From NCBI GenBank assembly GCA_015661095.1, contig JACVQI010000001.1:41-64040 (forward strand): 64,000 nucleotides of DNA. Direction: 5' to 3'. Both the position numbers and the translations under genes were made by a program. This DNA comes from Gammaproteobacteria bacterium. Its GTDB lineage: Bacteria > Pseudomonadota > Gammaproteobacteria > Eutrophobiales > Eutrophobiaceae. This document shows, piece after piece, positions 38,982 through 49,903 of this stretch. A model generated the notes under the pieces. It was not told where the DNA came from. It was given only the letters and a program-made list of their open reading frames with translations, and searched no databases. Positions within the stretch are counted from its first letter, which is position 1. Every line of letters begins with the position of its first letter.

Positions 38982-40409
38982 ATGCAAAAAAAACAAAACA
39001 ACAATTCGCTGTCCTTTAGTGAAAGTGTTAATCGAATGGTCGACCGGGCCATCTCAGCCATTGGACTGGATCCCGGGGTCGCCAATGCCATCAAAACCTG
39101 TCAAACCCTGGTCCAGGTCAAGTTCCCGGTACAGATCCGGGATAAAATTGAGATCTTTACCGGCTGGCGCGCGGTTCACAGCACCCATCGCCTGCCGGCC
39201 AAAGGTGGTATCCGCTACGCCCCTATCGTGAACCAGGATGAGGTTGAAGCCCTGGCAGCCCTCATGACCTACAAATGCGCCATCGTCGATGTTCCGTTTG
39301 GCGGTTCCAAAGGCGGCCTGGTCATTGACCCATCTAAATACACCCGGGATGAATTACAAACGATCACCCGGCGCTTCGCCCGCGAGTTGATCCGCAGAGG
39401 TGTTCTCAGCCCGGCTACCAATGTCCCCGCCCCTGATATGGGTACCGGCGAGAGGGAAATGGCCTGGATAGCCGATACCTATAAACACCTGCACCCGGAG
39501 GATATCAATTACGCCGCCTGCGTCACGGGCAAACCTGTCGCCCATGGTGGCATTCGCGGTCGCGTCGAAGCCACCGGGCGCGGCGTGGTTTATTGCATGC
39601 GTGAATTTTTCCGTCATCCGAACGATATCAAGTCAGCCGGACTGGACGGCGGGTTGGGTGGAAAGCGCATTGTTCTGCAAGGGCTCGGAAATGTCGGTTA
39701 CCATACCGGCGTCCTGCTCGATGAAGAAGATGAAGCGAAGATTGTCGCTATCATCGAGAAAGACGGCGCCTTGATTAATGAGAACGGTTTACCGGTTGAG
39801 AAAGTCAGGCAATACATCACTGAAAATAAAACCATCAAGGGCTTTCCCGATGCAACTTATGTCAAGGACGGCAAGCGGGTCCTGGAAATGGAATGTGACA
39901 TACTCATTCCGGCAGCCATGGAAGCGCAGATTACCAAAGAGAATGCCGAAAACATCAAGACCAAACTGATTATTGAAGCGGCCAACGGCCCAATAACCTT
40001 CGAGGCTGATGAGATACTGCGGAAGAAGCCCATCACCATCCTGCCCGATGCCTTCGTTAATGCCGGCGGGGTCACCGTTTCCTATTTTGAATGGATCCGT
40101 AATCTGTCCCATATCCGGTTCGGACGGATGGAGAAACGTTTCGATGAATTACGCGGGCAGCATATGATCACCGCCATTGAATCGCTGACGCAACAGTCAG
40201 CCCCTGACTGGATCCGCGATGAAATCATACGCGGTGCGGATGAACTGGACCTGGTGCGTTCTGGCCTGGATGACACCATGCGGCTGGCCTACCGGGAAAT
40301 CAGCGCCGCCAGAAATGAGAACGTCAAGATCAAGGATTTTCGCACCGCTGCTTATGTCGTGGCGATTAATAAAATCGCCCGATCCTACCTTGATATTGGA
40401 GTATATTGA
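38982..40409 (+). CDS. Glu/Leu/Phe/Val dehydrogenase family protein (putative glutamate dehydrogenase)
   Basis: Motif VDVPFGGSKGG (the catalytic Lys in GGxKGG) plus a C-terminal Rossmann domain (GLGNVG). 475 aa. Confidence 0.75.
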   Translation: MQKKQNNNSLSFSESVNRMVDRAISAIGLDPGVANAIKTCQTLVQVKFPVQIRDKIEIFTGWRAVHSTHRLPAKGGIRYAPIVNQDEVEALAALMTYKCAIVDVPFGGSKGGLVIDPSKYTRDELQTITRRFARELIRRGVLSPATNVPAPDMGTGEREMAWIADTYKHLHPEDINYAACVTGKPVAHGGIRGRVEATGRGVVYCMREFFRHPNDIKSAGLDGGLGGKRIVLQGLGNVGYHTGVLLDEEDEAKIVAIIEKDGALINENGLPVEKVRQYITENKTIKGFPDATYVKDGKRVLEMECDILIPAAMEAQITKENAENIKTKLIIEAANGPITFEADEILRKKPITILPDAFVNAGGVTVSYFEWIRNLSHIRFGRMEKRFDELRGQHMITAIESLTQQSAPDWIRDEIIRGADELDLVRSGLDDTMRLAYREISAARNENVKIKDFRTAAYVVAINKIARSYLDIGVY

Positions 40410-40491
40410 ACGGTGACCCGATCGTACAGGTAGCCATGCAGGATCTAACATTCGAAATATGACGCCTGACGACTATATTCCTGCAGCTGAT

Positions 40492-40520
40492 CCTTGAAAT
40501 TAAAATAATCACCCATATCT
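40492..40520 (+). promoter_or_regulatory. Putative sigma32 (RpoH) heat-shock promoter of clpB
   Basis: The sequence CCTTGAAA-N11/12-ACCCATATCT resembles the sigma32 consensus CTTGAAA...CCCCATNT. It lies about 35 nt upstream of the clpB ATG. Confidence 0.4.
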
Positions 40521-40555
40521 TTATTGCTATCCTGGATAACGATTAGCAATAAACT

Positions 40556-43147
40556 ATGCGTCTCGATAAATTAACCAGCAAATTTCAACAAGCCCTGGCG
40601 GAAGCACAGAGTCTGGCGCTGGGACGCGACCACCAATACATCGAACCTGTACACGTTTTGTTCACCATGCTGGATCAGGAAGGTGGCACGGTTCGCCATC
40701 TGCTCGGTAATGCCCAGGCAAATACCAATCAGTTGCGTCAGCAATTGAGTGCTGTCCTCGACCGATTGCCCCAGGTACAGGGCACGGGAGGCGATCTGCA
40801 TATATCCAGGGATCTGGAACGCATCCTCAACCTGACCGACAAATATGCCCAGCAACGTAAGGATGAGTTCATCGCCACCGAACTGTTTGTACTGGCGGCT
40901 CTTGAGGACAAGGGCGAGTTGGGAAATATTCTGCGGAACTGCGGGGTCCGTAAAGAAAAACTGGAACTCGCCATCGAGCAAATCCGTGACGGTCAAGCTA
41001 TCCAGGACCCTGGCGCCGAGGAGCAAAGACAGGCATTGGAAAAATACACCATCGACCTGACCAAACAGGCGGAGCAAGGGAAACTGGATCCCGTGATCGG
41101 CAGGGATGATGAAATCCGGCGTACAATCCAGGTCCTGCAAAGACGCACCAAAAATAACCCGGTGTTAATCGGCGAGCCTGGCGTTGGAAAAACCGCCATT
41201 GTCGAAGGTCTGGCGCAACGGATCATCAATAATGAGGTACCGGAAGCGCTGAAGCACAAGCGGCTGCTGCTACTCGATATGGGCGCCTTGATCGCCGGGG
41301 CGAAATTCCGCGGCGAATTCGAAGAGCGACTCAAGGCCGTACTCAAGGATTTGAGCAAACTGGAAGGACGTATCATCCTGTTCATCGATGAAGTTCACAC
41401 TATGGTTGGCGCCGGCAAGGCGGAAGGTGCCATGGATGCCGGTAATATGCTAAAACCGGCCCTGGCCCGGGGTGAGTTGCACTGTATCGGCGCCACCACC
41501 CTGAATGAATATCGCGAACATATTGAAAAAGACGCTGCCCTGGAACGGCGTTTTCAGAAAGTCCTGGTAGACGAACCCAACCTGGAGGACACCATCGCCA
41601 TCCTGCGTGGGCTGAAAGGACGCTATGAAATCCACCATAATGTGCAAATCACGGACCCGGCCATCGTCGCCGCCGCCACCCTGTCGCACCGCTACATCTC
41701 CGACCGGCGCCTGCCCGACAAGGCCATCGACCTGATCGATGAAGCCGCGAGCCGCATCAGCATCGAGATGGATTCCAAGCCGGAAGACATGGACCGGCTG
41801 GAACGGCGACTGATCCAGATGAAAATCGAACGCGAGGCGCTGAAGAAGGAAACTGATGCAGCTTCCAAAAAACGCTTGCAGAATCTGCTGCAGGACATCA
41901 GCGAACTGGAACGCGAATTCGCAGATCTGGAAGAGATCTGGGTCGCGGAAAAAGCCGCCTTGCAGGGCGCCCATGCTCTCCAGGGCAAACTGGAGCAGGC
42001 GCGGCAGGAATTGGACACAGCGAGACGGGCCAGTGATCTGAATCGCATGTCAGAGTTGCAATACGGCATTATCCCGGCGCTGGAGAAACAGTTGGAGCAC
42101 GCTAACCAGAAGGAAATAACCGGGATGAAGCTGCTGCGTAACAAGGTTACCGAAAATGAGATCGCCGAAATCGTCTCCAAGTGGACCGGCATACCGGTGG
42201 CGAAGATGCTGGAAGGGGAACGGGAAAAACTCCTGCGCATGGAATCAGCCTTGCACCAGCGTGTGGTCGGGCAGGATGAGGCCATTGTAGCGGTTGCCGA
42301 TGCCATCCGGCGCTCGCGTGCCGGCTTGTCCGATCCGGGCCGGCCGAATGGCTCGTTTCTGTTTCTGGGACCAACCGGTGTTGGGAAAACGGAGTTATGC
42401 AAGGCGCTGACGGAATTCCTGTTCGATACAGAGGAGGCCATGATCCGCATCGATATGTCTGAATATATGGAAAAACATTCCGTGGCCCGCCTGATCGGCG
42501 CACCGCCCGGTTACATCGGCTATGATGCGGGCGGCCTGTTGACGGAAGCGGTCCGGCGCAAGCCTTATTGTCTGGTGCTGTTCGATGAAATCGAAAAAGC
42601 CCATCCCGACGTCTTTAATATCCTGCTGCAGGTGCTGGATGATGGCAGGCTTACGGATGGCCATGGTCGCACCGTGGATTTCCGGAATACCGTGCTGGTA
42701 ATGACTTCCAACCTGGGATCGGATCGGATCCAGGAGATGATCGGGGCTGGAGACTACGCCACCATGAAAGCCACCGTTCTGGAGGTGGTGGAAAGATATT
42801 TCCGACCGGAATTCATCAATCGTATCGATGAACTGGTGGTATTCCATGCCTTGCAACAAGCCCATATTCGGGCGATTACCGATATTCAAATCGAGCACAT
42901 TACAGCCAGGCTACGCGATCTCGATATCAATGTTTCCGTCACAACAGCGGCGCGGGATCATCTCGGTAAAACCGGATTCGACACGGCGTATGGCGCGCGA
43001 CCCTTAAAAAGGGCTATCCAGAGACTGATCGAGACACCCATGGCCAAAATGATTCTGGCCGGAGAATTTACCTCAGGCGACGTGGTGACTATCGACGTTC
43101 TCGATGATGAACTGATTTTTAACCATGTTCAGGCCTCTGTAGCCTGA
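40556..43147 (+). CDS. clpB: ATP-dependent chaperone (disaggregase) ClpB
   Basis: 863 aa ORF with two AAA+ modules (GEPGVGKT and GPTGVGKT) and a coiled-coil middle domain. Confidence 0.95.
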   Translation: MRLDKLTSKFQQALAEAQSLALGRDHQYIEPVHVLFTMLDQEGGTVRHLLGNAQANTNQLRQQLSAVLDRLPQVQGTGGDLHISRDLERILNLTDKYAQQRKDEFIATELFVLAALEDKGELGNILRNCGVRKEKLELAIEQIRDGQAIQDPGAEEQRQALEKYTIDLTKQAEQGKLDPVIGRDDEIRRTIQVLQRRTKNNPVLIGEPGVGKTAIVEGLAQRIINNEVPEALKHKRLLLLDMGALIAGAKFRGEFEERLKAVLKDLSKLEGRIILFIDEVHTMVGAGKAEGAMDAGNMLKPALARGELHCIGATTLNEYREHIEKDAALERRFQKVLVDEPNLEDTIAILRGLKGRYEIHHNVQITDPAIVAAATLSHRYISDRRLPDKAIDLIDEAASRISIEMDSKPEDMDRLERRLIQMKIEREALKKETDAASKKRLQNLLQDISELEREFADLEEIWVAEKAALQGAHALQGKLEQARQELDTARRASDLNRMSELQYGIIPALEKQLEHANQKEITGMKLLRNKVTENEIAEIVSKWTGIPVAKMLEGEREKLLRMESALHQRVVGQDEAIVAVADAIRRSRAGLSDPGRPNGSFLFLGPTGVGKTELCKALTEFLFDTEEAMIRIDMSEYMEKHSVARLIGAPPGYIGYDAGGLLTEAVRRKPYCLVLFDEIEKAHPDVFNILLQVLDDGRLTDGHGRTVDFRNTVLVMTSNLGSDRIQEMIGAGDYATMKATVLEVVERYFRPEFINRIDELVVFHALQQAHIRAITDIQIEHITARLRDLDINVSVTTAARDHLGKTGFDTAYGARPLKRAIQRLIETPMAKMILAGEFTSGDVVTIDVLDDELIFNHVQASVA

Positions 43148-43364
43148 AGAAATTCTGATTTAACCAGTGCTTCCCTAGTAATTTCAATAACATACATTCA
43201 ATTTGCCGGTCAGGTCTGCCAGCGATTCATCGTCTTGACCTGAATTCGGACCTAAGTCGCAAATTCCAGCTAAAAATACGCCCGTCACTAATAAAAAGCT
43301 GGTAATTTTTACCATATAATCTAATATTTAGACGTTAAATTAAAAGATCCGGGTAGATATCCAT

Positions 43365-45089
43365 ATGGCTGTCTCTGCAAGCAAGGTCAATCTTGGCGGT
43401 ATCGCGAGAAAACTCGTGATAGACGGGCTATTGGATGAAGCCGCCGCACAAGACCATTACCAAAAAGCCCTTAAGGAAAAGAAGCAATTCGTTCCTTATC
43501 TGGTAGAAAACAAACTCGTCGCCAGTAAAGATATCGGCCTGGCAGCTTCCCAGGAATTCGGCGTGCCATTGCTGGATCTGGATGCCCTGGAACTGGATAT
43601 GGATACAGTCAAGATGGTCAAGGATGACTTGATTAAAAAACACCACACCTTACCGATATTCAAGCGTGGAAAACGCCTGTATATCGCCGCATCCGATCCC
43701 ACCTACATCCAGGCCGTCGACGAGATTAAATTCGCCATCGGTGTGCAGGTAGAACAGATACTGGTGGAGGAAGACAAACTGGCAAAGGCCATCACCAAGG
43801 TGCTGGAAGAAATGGAAGGTGGCCTGGGTATGGGAGAAGATGACGAACTGGAAGATCTGGAGGGCCTCGAAGTCGCTGACGATCAAGCCGAGGCCAAAAA
43901 AGGTGACGATTCCGAGATCGATGATGCGCCCGTCGTCAAATTCGTCAACAAGTGTTTGCTGGATGCCATCAAACGTCGCGCCTCCGACCTGCATTTCGAA
44001 CCCTATGAAAAAATTTACCGGGTCCGGTTTCGCATCGACGGCATGTTGATGGAGGTGGCCAAACCGCCCGTGAGTCTGGCCGGTAAAATCGCCGCCAGGA
44101 TCAAGGTGATGTCCCGCCTGGACACCTCCGAGCGGCGAGTGCCCCAGGATGGTCGCATCAAGTTAAAACTGTCCAAGAGCAAGTCCATCGACTTCCGCGT
44201 CAATACCTGCCCGACTCTGTTCGGGGAAAAGGCCTGTCTGCGTATCCTCGATTCCGACGCCGCCGCCCTGCAGATCGATCAATTGGGCTATGAAGACCAT
44301 CAGAAAGAAATATTCTTAAAAAATCTGGATAAACCCTACGGCATGTTTCTGGTCACCGGTCCGACTGGTAGCGGCAAGACGGTCTCACTCTATACCGGGA
44401 TCAATATGCTCAACCAGGTGGACGTCAATATCTGCACGGCGGAGGACCCGGTGGAAATCAACCTGCCTGGCGTAAACCAGGTGCAGGTGGACGAACGCAC
44501 TGGTATGACCTTCGCCAAGGCCCTGAAGGCCTTCCTGCGCCAGGACCCGAACATAATTCTGGTTGGCGAGATCCGCGATCTGGAAACCGGCTCCATCGCC
44601 GTCAAGGCAGCCCAGACCGGCCATATGGTGATGTCGACTCTGCATACCAACGATGCGCCGCAGACCCTGACCCGGTTACAGGACATGGGGATAGCCGCAT
44701 TTGCCGTCGCTACCAGTATCAACTTGATCACCGCCCAGCGCCTGGTGCGAAGATTACATAAAGAATTCAGGGAACCTCTGGATATGCCCAAGGAGGCCTT
44801 GTTGAAGGAAGGCTATTCCGAAGAAGACATTGCCAAAGGCATTAAACTGTTCGTGCCAGTAACCGGCAACCCGGACTGTGAGACCGGTTACAAGGGCCGG
44901 GCCGGTATCTACCAGGTCATGCCCGTATCCGATGCCATGAAACGCCTGATCATCCAAGGAGCCAATGCCGTGCAACTCGCCGATCAAGCCAAGCAAGAAG
45001 GGATCTGGGACATCAGAAAGTCCGGACTCATGAAAGCCGCCGCAGGCGTGACCAGTCTGACCGAAATTAACCGCGTCACGGTCGAGTAA
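43365..45089 (+). CDS. pilB: Type IV pilus assembly ATPase PilB
   Basis: GspE/PilB family protein with Walker A motif GPTGSGKT, a tetracysteine motif and an N-terminal GSPII domain. It is followed by pilC and pilD. Confidence 0.9.
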   Translation: MAVSASKVNLGGIARKLVIDGLLDEAAAQDHYQKALKEKKQFVPYLVENKLVASKDIGLAASQEFGVPLLDLDALELDMDTVKMVKDDLIKKHHTLPIFKRGKRLYIAASDPTYIQAVDEIKFAIGVQVEQILVEEDKLAKAITKVLEEMEGGLGMGEDDELEDLEGLEVADDQAEAKKGDDSEIDDAPVVKFVNKCLLDAIKRRASDLHFEPYEKIYRVRFRIDGMLMEVAKPPVSLAGKIAARIKVMSRLDTSERRVPQDGRIKLKLSKSKSIDFRVNTCPTLFGEKACLRILDSDAAALQIDQLGYEDHQKEIFLKNLDKPYGMFLVTGPTGSGKTVSLYTGINMLNQVDVNICTAEDPVEINLPGVNQVQVDERTGMTFAKALKAFLRQDPNIILVGEIRDLETGSIAVKAAQTGHMVMSTLHTNDAPQTLTRLQDMGIAAFAVATSINLITAQRLVRRLHKEFREPLDMPKEALLKEGYSEEDIAKGIKLFVPVTGNPDCETGYKGRAGIYQVMPVSDAMKRLIIQGANAVQLADQAKQEGIWDIRKSGLMKAAAGVTSLTEINRVTVE

Positions 45090-45094
45090 CGAAT

Positions 45095-46315
45095 ATGGCT
45101 GAAGCGGCAAAAATGGTCATGTACGCCTGGGAAGGCACGGATAAAACCGGCAAAAAAGTAAAAGGCGAAATGACCGGGCAGAGCGATGTCCTGGTCAAGG
45201 CCGTGTTGAGAAGACAGGGTGTCAATCCGACCAAGGTCGCGAAGAAAAAGAAACCTTTGCTGGGTGGCGGCGGTAAATCCAAAATTGCACCAAAAGATAT
45301 CTGCGTTTTCAGCCGCCAGTTGGCCACCATGATGTCCTCCGGCGTACCGCTGGTACAGGCCTTTGAAATCGTCGGCCGCGGCCATGAGAATGCCGGCATG
45401 CAGGAACTGATCCTGGGGGTCAAGGCCGAGGTCGAAGCAGGCAACGCTCTCGCCGATGCGTTGAAAAAAAATCCCAAGTATTTTAATGAACTCTATTGCA
45501 ATCTGGTCGAGGCCGGCGAACACGCCGGTATCCTGGAAGCCATCCTCCACAAGCTGGCAAACTACCTGGAAAAATCGGAGGCGTTGAAGTCAAAGATTAA
45601 ATCGGCACTGTTTTACCCCCTCGCCGTCATCGTGGTCGCGTTCATTGTCGTGACGATCCTGATGATTTTCGTTATCCCCCAATTTACCGAGTTGTTTGCA
45701 GGCTTTGGCGCCGATTTACCGGCATTAACCCAGTTTCTGGTTGATATGTCCAATTTCTTCGTGTCCAAGTGGTGGCTGATCTTCGGCATCATCGGCGGTA
45801 TCGTTTACGGCCTCATGGAGCTGAAAAAACGTTCGGTACCATTTCAGCACTTCATGGATCGCATGTCCCTGAAAGTTCCGATAATCGGACCGATCCTGGA
45901 GAAATCCGCTATCGCCCGCTTTGCACGGACACTGGAAACCATGTTCGCCGCCGGCACCCCGCTGGTCGAAGCCATGTCATCGGTGGCCGGGGCCTGCGGC
46001 AATATCATTTTCTACCAGGCCACCATGAAAATGCAGACCGAAATATCTACCGGCACACAACTACAGGCTTCCATGCGGGATTGCGGATTGTTTCCGAACA
46101 TGGTGGTGCAGATGGTTGCTATTGGCGAGGAATCCGGCGCCATCGATGCCATGCTCGGCAAAGTCGCTGACTGGTATGAACAGGAAGTTGACGACGCGGT
46201 TGGCGCCCTGACCAGCCTGCTGGAACCGATGATTATGGCCTTTTTGGGCGTTGTCATCGGCGGTATCGTGGTCGGTATGTATCTGCCCATATTCAAAATG
46301 GGCGCCGTCGTCTAA
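45095..46315 (+). CDS. pilC: Type IV pilus inner membrane platform protein PilC
   Basis: 406 aa GspF-family protein with two repeated halves and 3 transmembrane segments. Confidence 0.9.
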   Translation: MAEAAKMVMYAWEGTDKTGKKVKGEMTGQSDVLVKAVLRRQGVNPTKVAKKKKPLLGGGGKSKIAPKDICVFSRQLATMMSSGVPLVQAFEIVGRGHENAGMQELILGVKAEVEAGNALADALKKNPKYFNELYCNLVEAGEHAGILEAILHKLANYLEKSEALKSKIKSALFYPLAVIVVAFIVVTILMIFVIPQFTELFAGFGADLPALTQFLVDMSNFFVSKWWLIFGIIGGIVYGLMELKKRSVPFQHFMDRMSLKVPIIGPILEKSAIARFARTLETMFAAGTPLVEAMSSVAGACGNIIFYQATMKMQTEISTGTQLQASMRDCGLFPNMVVQMVAIGEESGAIDAMLGKVADWYEQEVDDAVGALTSLLEPMIMAFLGVVIGGIVVGMYLPIFKMGAVV

Positions 46316-46415
46316 ATCCAGACATCATTTGCGAATCGGTCATCTTTTGACCGGGTTTTCAACATTCATGTATCGGCATGGATGTAAATAAGTACGATAT
46401 AAGAATAAACCCTTC

Positions 46416-47294
46416 ATGTACCTTTTTGATTATTTACAGAATTCTCCTATTACCTTTTATATCAGTATGGCCGTCTTCGGTCTTATCGTCGGCAGTTTCC
46501 TGAATGTGGTGATTTACCGGCTACCGAAAATGCTGGAAAGCGATTGGCAACAACAGTGCCGCGCCTTGCTGAAACTTGATACCCCTGCATCAGTGCCTGC
46601 TGAATACCTGAGTCTCATTACACCCAGATCGCAGTGTCCACAATGTAGCCATAAAATAGCTGCAATAGAAAACATCCCGGTAGTCAGTTATCTGGTCTTG
46701 GGCGGCAAATGTTCAGCCTGTCATCATCCCATTGGTGTCCGTTATCCCGTCATTGAATTAACCAGTGGTATCCTGGCTCTATTCAGCGCCTGGCACTTTG
46801 GATTCGGGACACATGCGTTACTGGCGGCATTACTCGCCTGGGCCTTACTAACGCTGAGTGTCATCGACATCGACCAGCAGTTATTACCTGATGACATTAC
46901 CCTCCCGTTTCTGTGGCTGGGGATACTGACAAATCTGTACGGAGTATTTACCAATATTCATTCCAGTCTGATTGGAGCGATGGCTGGCTATTGCAGCCTG
47001 TGGACGGTATACAAGGTTTTCAAATTATTAACCGGTAAAGAAGGCATGGGGTATGGTGATTTTAAATTACTGGCCATGCTTGGAGCCTGGCTGGGCTGGC
47101 AAATGTTGCCATTGATTATATTATTATCATCCCTTGCCGGCGCCATCATAGGGATCGGGTTAATAATGTCAAAGACTCACGACAAAAATATACCGATACC
47201 TTTTGGCCCTTATCTCGCCCTTGCCGGCTGGATTGCCTTATTCTGGGGGCACGACATCAATATATTATATTTGCGCTGGAGTGCGGGTAATTGA
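46416..47294 (+). CDS. pilD: Prepilin peptidase / N-methyltransferase PilD
   Basis: An N-terminal Cys-box (CPQCSHKI...CSACHH), polytopic topology and the A24 peptidase catalytic Asp residues. Confidence 0.9.
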   Translation: MYLFDYLQNSPITFYISMAVFGLIVGSFLNVVIYRLPKMLESDWQQQCRALLKLDTPASVPAEYLSLITPRSQCPQCSHKIAAIENIPVVSYLVLGGKCSACHHPIGVRYPVIELTSGILALFSAWHFGFGTHALLAALLAWALLTLSVIDIDQQLLPDDITLPFLWLGILTNLYGVFTNIHSSLIGAMAGYCSLWTVYKVFKLLTGKEGMGYGDFKLLAMLGAWLGWQMLPLIILLSSLAGAIIGIGLIMSKTHDKNIPIPFGPYLALAGWIALFWGHDINILYLRWSAGN

Positions 47295-47911
47295 GCCGGA
47301 TGTACCGTGTCGGTTTGACAGGCGGCATCGGTAGCGGCAAAACCACGGTAACAAATATGTTCGAAAAGCTGGGTGCCAGAATTATCGATGCTGACATCAT
47401 AGTCCGCGAGTTATCCGGCTCTGGAAAACCTGCCTACCAAGCAATACTTCAGTTGTTTGGGACGGAAGTAGTTGATGAAAATCAAGAGTTACGCCGTCCT
47501 CTTATTCGCCAGATGATATTCTCAAACGCGGAATTAAAAACCCGGCTGGAAGCGATACTGCATCCACTGGTACGTACTGAGATAGATCAACGTATCATGA
47601 AAAACAGCCACCCTTACAGCATCATCAGTATACCCTTATTATTTGAAGGCAATTCAGCATACAATATCGACAGAATACTGGTGATTGATGCCCCCGAGAA
47701 ATTACAGATCGCCCGGGCCGCCAGCAGGGATGGTGTCGACTGTGAGGATGTACAGAATATCATCGCTACACAAATTAGCCGAAAACAAAGGTTGGAACGA
47801 GCTGATGATGTCATCATTAATGATGCCGATATCGCATCATTACAGTCTCAAGTACGTCTATTACATGATAAATATTTACAATTGGCTGATCAACAAAGAT
47901 GTCTGACTTGA
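47291..47911 (+). CDS. coaE: Dephospho-CoA kinase
   Basis: P-loop GLTGGIGSGKTTV. The start overlaps the pilD stop by 4 nt. Confidence 0.85.
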   Translation: MSRMYRVGLTGGIGSGKTTVTNMFEKLGARIIDADIIVRELSGSGKPAYQAILQLFGTEVVDENQELRRPLIRQMIFSNAELKTRLEAILHPLVRTEIDQRIMKNSHPYSIISIPLLFEGNSAYNIDRILVIDAPEKLQIARAASRDGVDCEDVQNIIATQISRKQRLERADDVIINDADIASLQSQVRLLHDKYLQLADQQRCLT

Positions 47912-47912
47912 T

Positions 47913-48698
47913 TTGAATGATTTAACCGTGGATAACATAATCACATATGAACAACCTTTGAATGAGCGGATACGGTCATTCTTGCGAATGGAACATTTAT
48001 TCAACCAGATTGCACATTACATTAATGGCACCAGTGAATGGGACAGCCGCAATGCCATCACCACTTTGATTGAAATAATAGATTTCATCACCCGCTCGGA
48101 CCTTAAATCAGAACTGATTAAAGAACTGGAACGACACGCAAATACACTGAACGCTCTGGGAAACTCCCCCGCCGTCGATAATCACAAACTCAAAATCATC
48201 TTAAGCAAGCTTGATAATTATCTTGTCATATTGCGCGACAGTTCCTATCAGCCAGGGGTAAATCTACGCCAGAATGAATTCCTGATGTCAATCAAACAAA
48301 GAATCGCGATTCCCGGCGGCACATGTAATTTTGACATACCTGGCTATTTTTACTGGCTGCATAAATCTTCCCAGGAAAAATTTAATGAATTCCACGACTG
48401 GCAGAAAGATCTTTTTTTACTCAGGGACAGCATTCAGTTAAGCCTGCAAATGATTAGAAACAGTAATACTCCCAGCAGCGAAGTGGCAGAAAGAGGTTTC
48501 TACCAGAAGCAAATAGAGGCAAATGTTGCTTGCCATCTCATCAGAGTTGTTTTACCACGTGAATCAAAATACTATCCCGAGATCAGTGGTGGCAAACATC
48601 GGTTTGCCATTCGCTTCATGGAGCAACCTTCCACATCAGAAAGGCCAATCCAAACGAAGGATAATGTCCAGTTTGAGTTGCACTGTTGCATCTTATGA
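47913..48698 (+). CDS. zapD: Cell division protein ZapD
   Basis: 261 aa YacF/ZapD family protein (N-terminal [19 protein letters not shown]), in the conserved coaE-zapD-yacG position. Confidence 0.8.
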   Translation: MNDLTVDNIITYEQPLNERIRSFLRMEHLFNQIAHYINGTSEWDSRNAITTLIEIIDFITRSDLKSELIKELERHANTLNALGNSPAVDNHKLKIILSKLDNYLVILRDSSYQPGVNLRQNEFLMSIKQRIAIPGGTCNFDIPGYFYWLHKSSQEKFNEFHDWQKDLFLLRDSIQLSLQMIRNSNTPSSEVAERGFYQKQIEANVACHLIRVVLPRESKYYPEISGGKHRFAIRFMEQPSTSERPIQTKDNVQFELHCCIL

Positions 48699-48877
48699 TC
48701 AGCAAATGTCCTACCTGTAATAATCAAGTAAAGTCCGACAACAAACATCTGCCATTTTGCAGTGAACGATGCAGATTGATTGATTTAGGAGACTGGTTGG
48801 CCGGTAATTACAGTGTTGTGGAGCAGGACCACCCTGAAACCTGGATTGAATCGGAAAATTCAGACACCAGACATTAA
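48695..48877 (+). CDS. yacG: DNA gyrase inhibitor YacG (zinc finger)
   Basis: CPTCNN...[15 protein letters not shown] is a C4 zinc ribbon. An ATGA overlap couples its start to the zapD stop (ATG at 48695). Confidence 0.8.
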   Translation: MISKCPTCNNQVKSDNKHLPFCSERCRLIDLGDWLAGNYSVVEQDHPETWIESENSDTRH

Positions 48878-49848
48878 TCGCATTTCCATAATCCTCGAAT
48901 CATCGCCACACCTTGTCCACCACTAGATTGCGCCTTGTCAATATCGGATTTCCGCATGCCTCCCAGGGCATAAACCGGAATCCTGGCTTGTTCCACCAGG
49001 TCAGCAAAACCATCCCAACCTAACGGCGTAACCTCTGGGTGGGTTGCGGTTTTGTTCACCGGCGATAGCACTGCAAAATCAACCCCAATCCGGGCGGCGT
49101 GCTCAAGTTCCTGAGAATTATGGCAGGAGGCGGCAATTAAATAGTCTGTACTCAGCGGTCTGGATTTAAGATTTAACAGTTCACTACTGGATAAGTGTAC
49201 GCCATGGACGTTATCGAATAACCCCTGATCCGGTATTCCATTAACCAGCAGACGGCAATGGTGATTACTACACAACTCAAACATTTGTTTGATGATTTCC
49301 GATTTTGTTTGTTTGTCTAATCCCTTGTTTCTAAACTGAACGAGTTTTAAACCGGATGCCAATAGCTTTTCAAAGCTACACAGAAATTTCTGGTCGTAAT
49401 CCAGCAAGTCAGGCGTTATTGCGTATAGTGAAGGAAGATTGACGGCGGTTATGATTGGTCTGTCCGCCACTGGAAATTCAAGCTCGGCAAGAGCGCCTTT
49501 ATCAACCCATCTGATTTTTTGACCCTCCCTGCCGACTGGCGTTCCGCTCCAGGAAGACACCAGCCAAACATCCAACTGCACTGATTTTTCCGGATAATCG
49601 TGATTGACTTTAATCAATGGCCGCGCCTGCTTTACTGTGATGTGCAGTTCCTCCTGTAACTCTCGCTCCAGTGCTGCCGGGACTGATTCTTCAGACTGTA
49701 TCTTACCCCCGGGAAACTCCCATAAACCGCCCAAATGAACGTGTTCCGGCCTTCTTGCAACCAGTACTTTATCAGTGGACTGCTCCAGGATTACACCTAC
49801 GGCTATATTCAGCCTGGGCACAGGCACGGTAGATTTCAACCAGGACAA
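48874..49848 (-). CDS. NUDIX hydrolase (MutT-like) fused to a thiamine-phosphate synthase/TenI-like domain
   Basis: The N-terminus has the Nudix box [29 protein letters not shown]. The C-terminal roughly 200 aa are a TIM-barrel ThiE/TenI-like domain. Confidence 0.7.
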   Translation of the reverse strand: MSWLKSTVPVPRLNIAVGVILEQSTDKVLVARRPEHVHLGGLWEFPGGKIQSEESVPAALERELQEELHITVKQARPLIKVNHDYPEKSVQLDVWLVSSWSGTPVGREGQKIRWVDKGALAELEFPVADRPIITAVNLPSLYAITPDLLDYDQKFLCSFEKLLASGLKLVQFRNKGLDKQTKSEIIKQMFELCSNHHCRLLVNGIPDQGLFDNVHGVHLSSSELLNLKSRPLSTDYLIAASCHNSQELEHAARIGVDFAVLSPVNKTATHPEVTPLGWDGFADLVEQARIPVYALGGMRKSDIDKAQSSGGQGVAMIRGLWKCD

Positions 49849-49903
49849 TGGATATCAAAACTGCAAAGGGTAATACTATTTCTCATATGAACCCCTTACT
49901 GAA

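Noticed and set aside
43148-43364. Possible clpB terminator or pilB promoter (CCAGCT-N25-AGCTGG hairpin followed by a T-run, TATAAT at about 43314)
   Set aside because: The stem is only 6 bp with a very large loop. No convincing -35 element lies at the proper spacing from the TATAAT. I left it uncalled.
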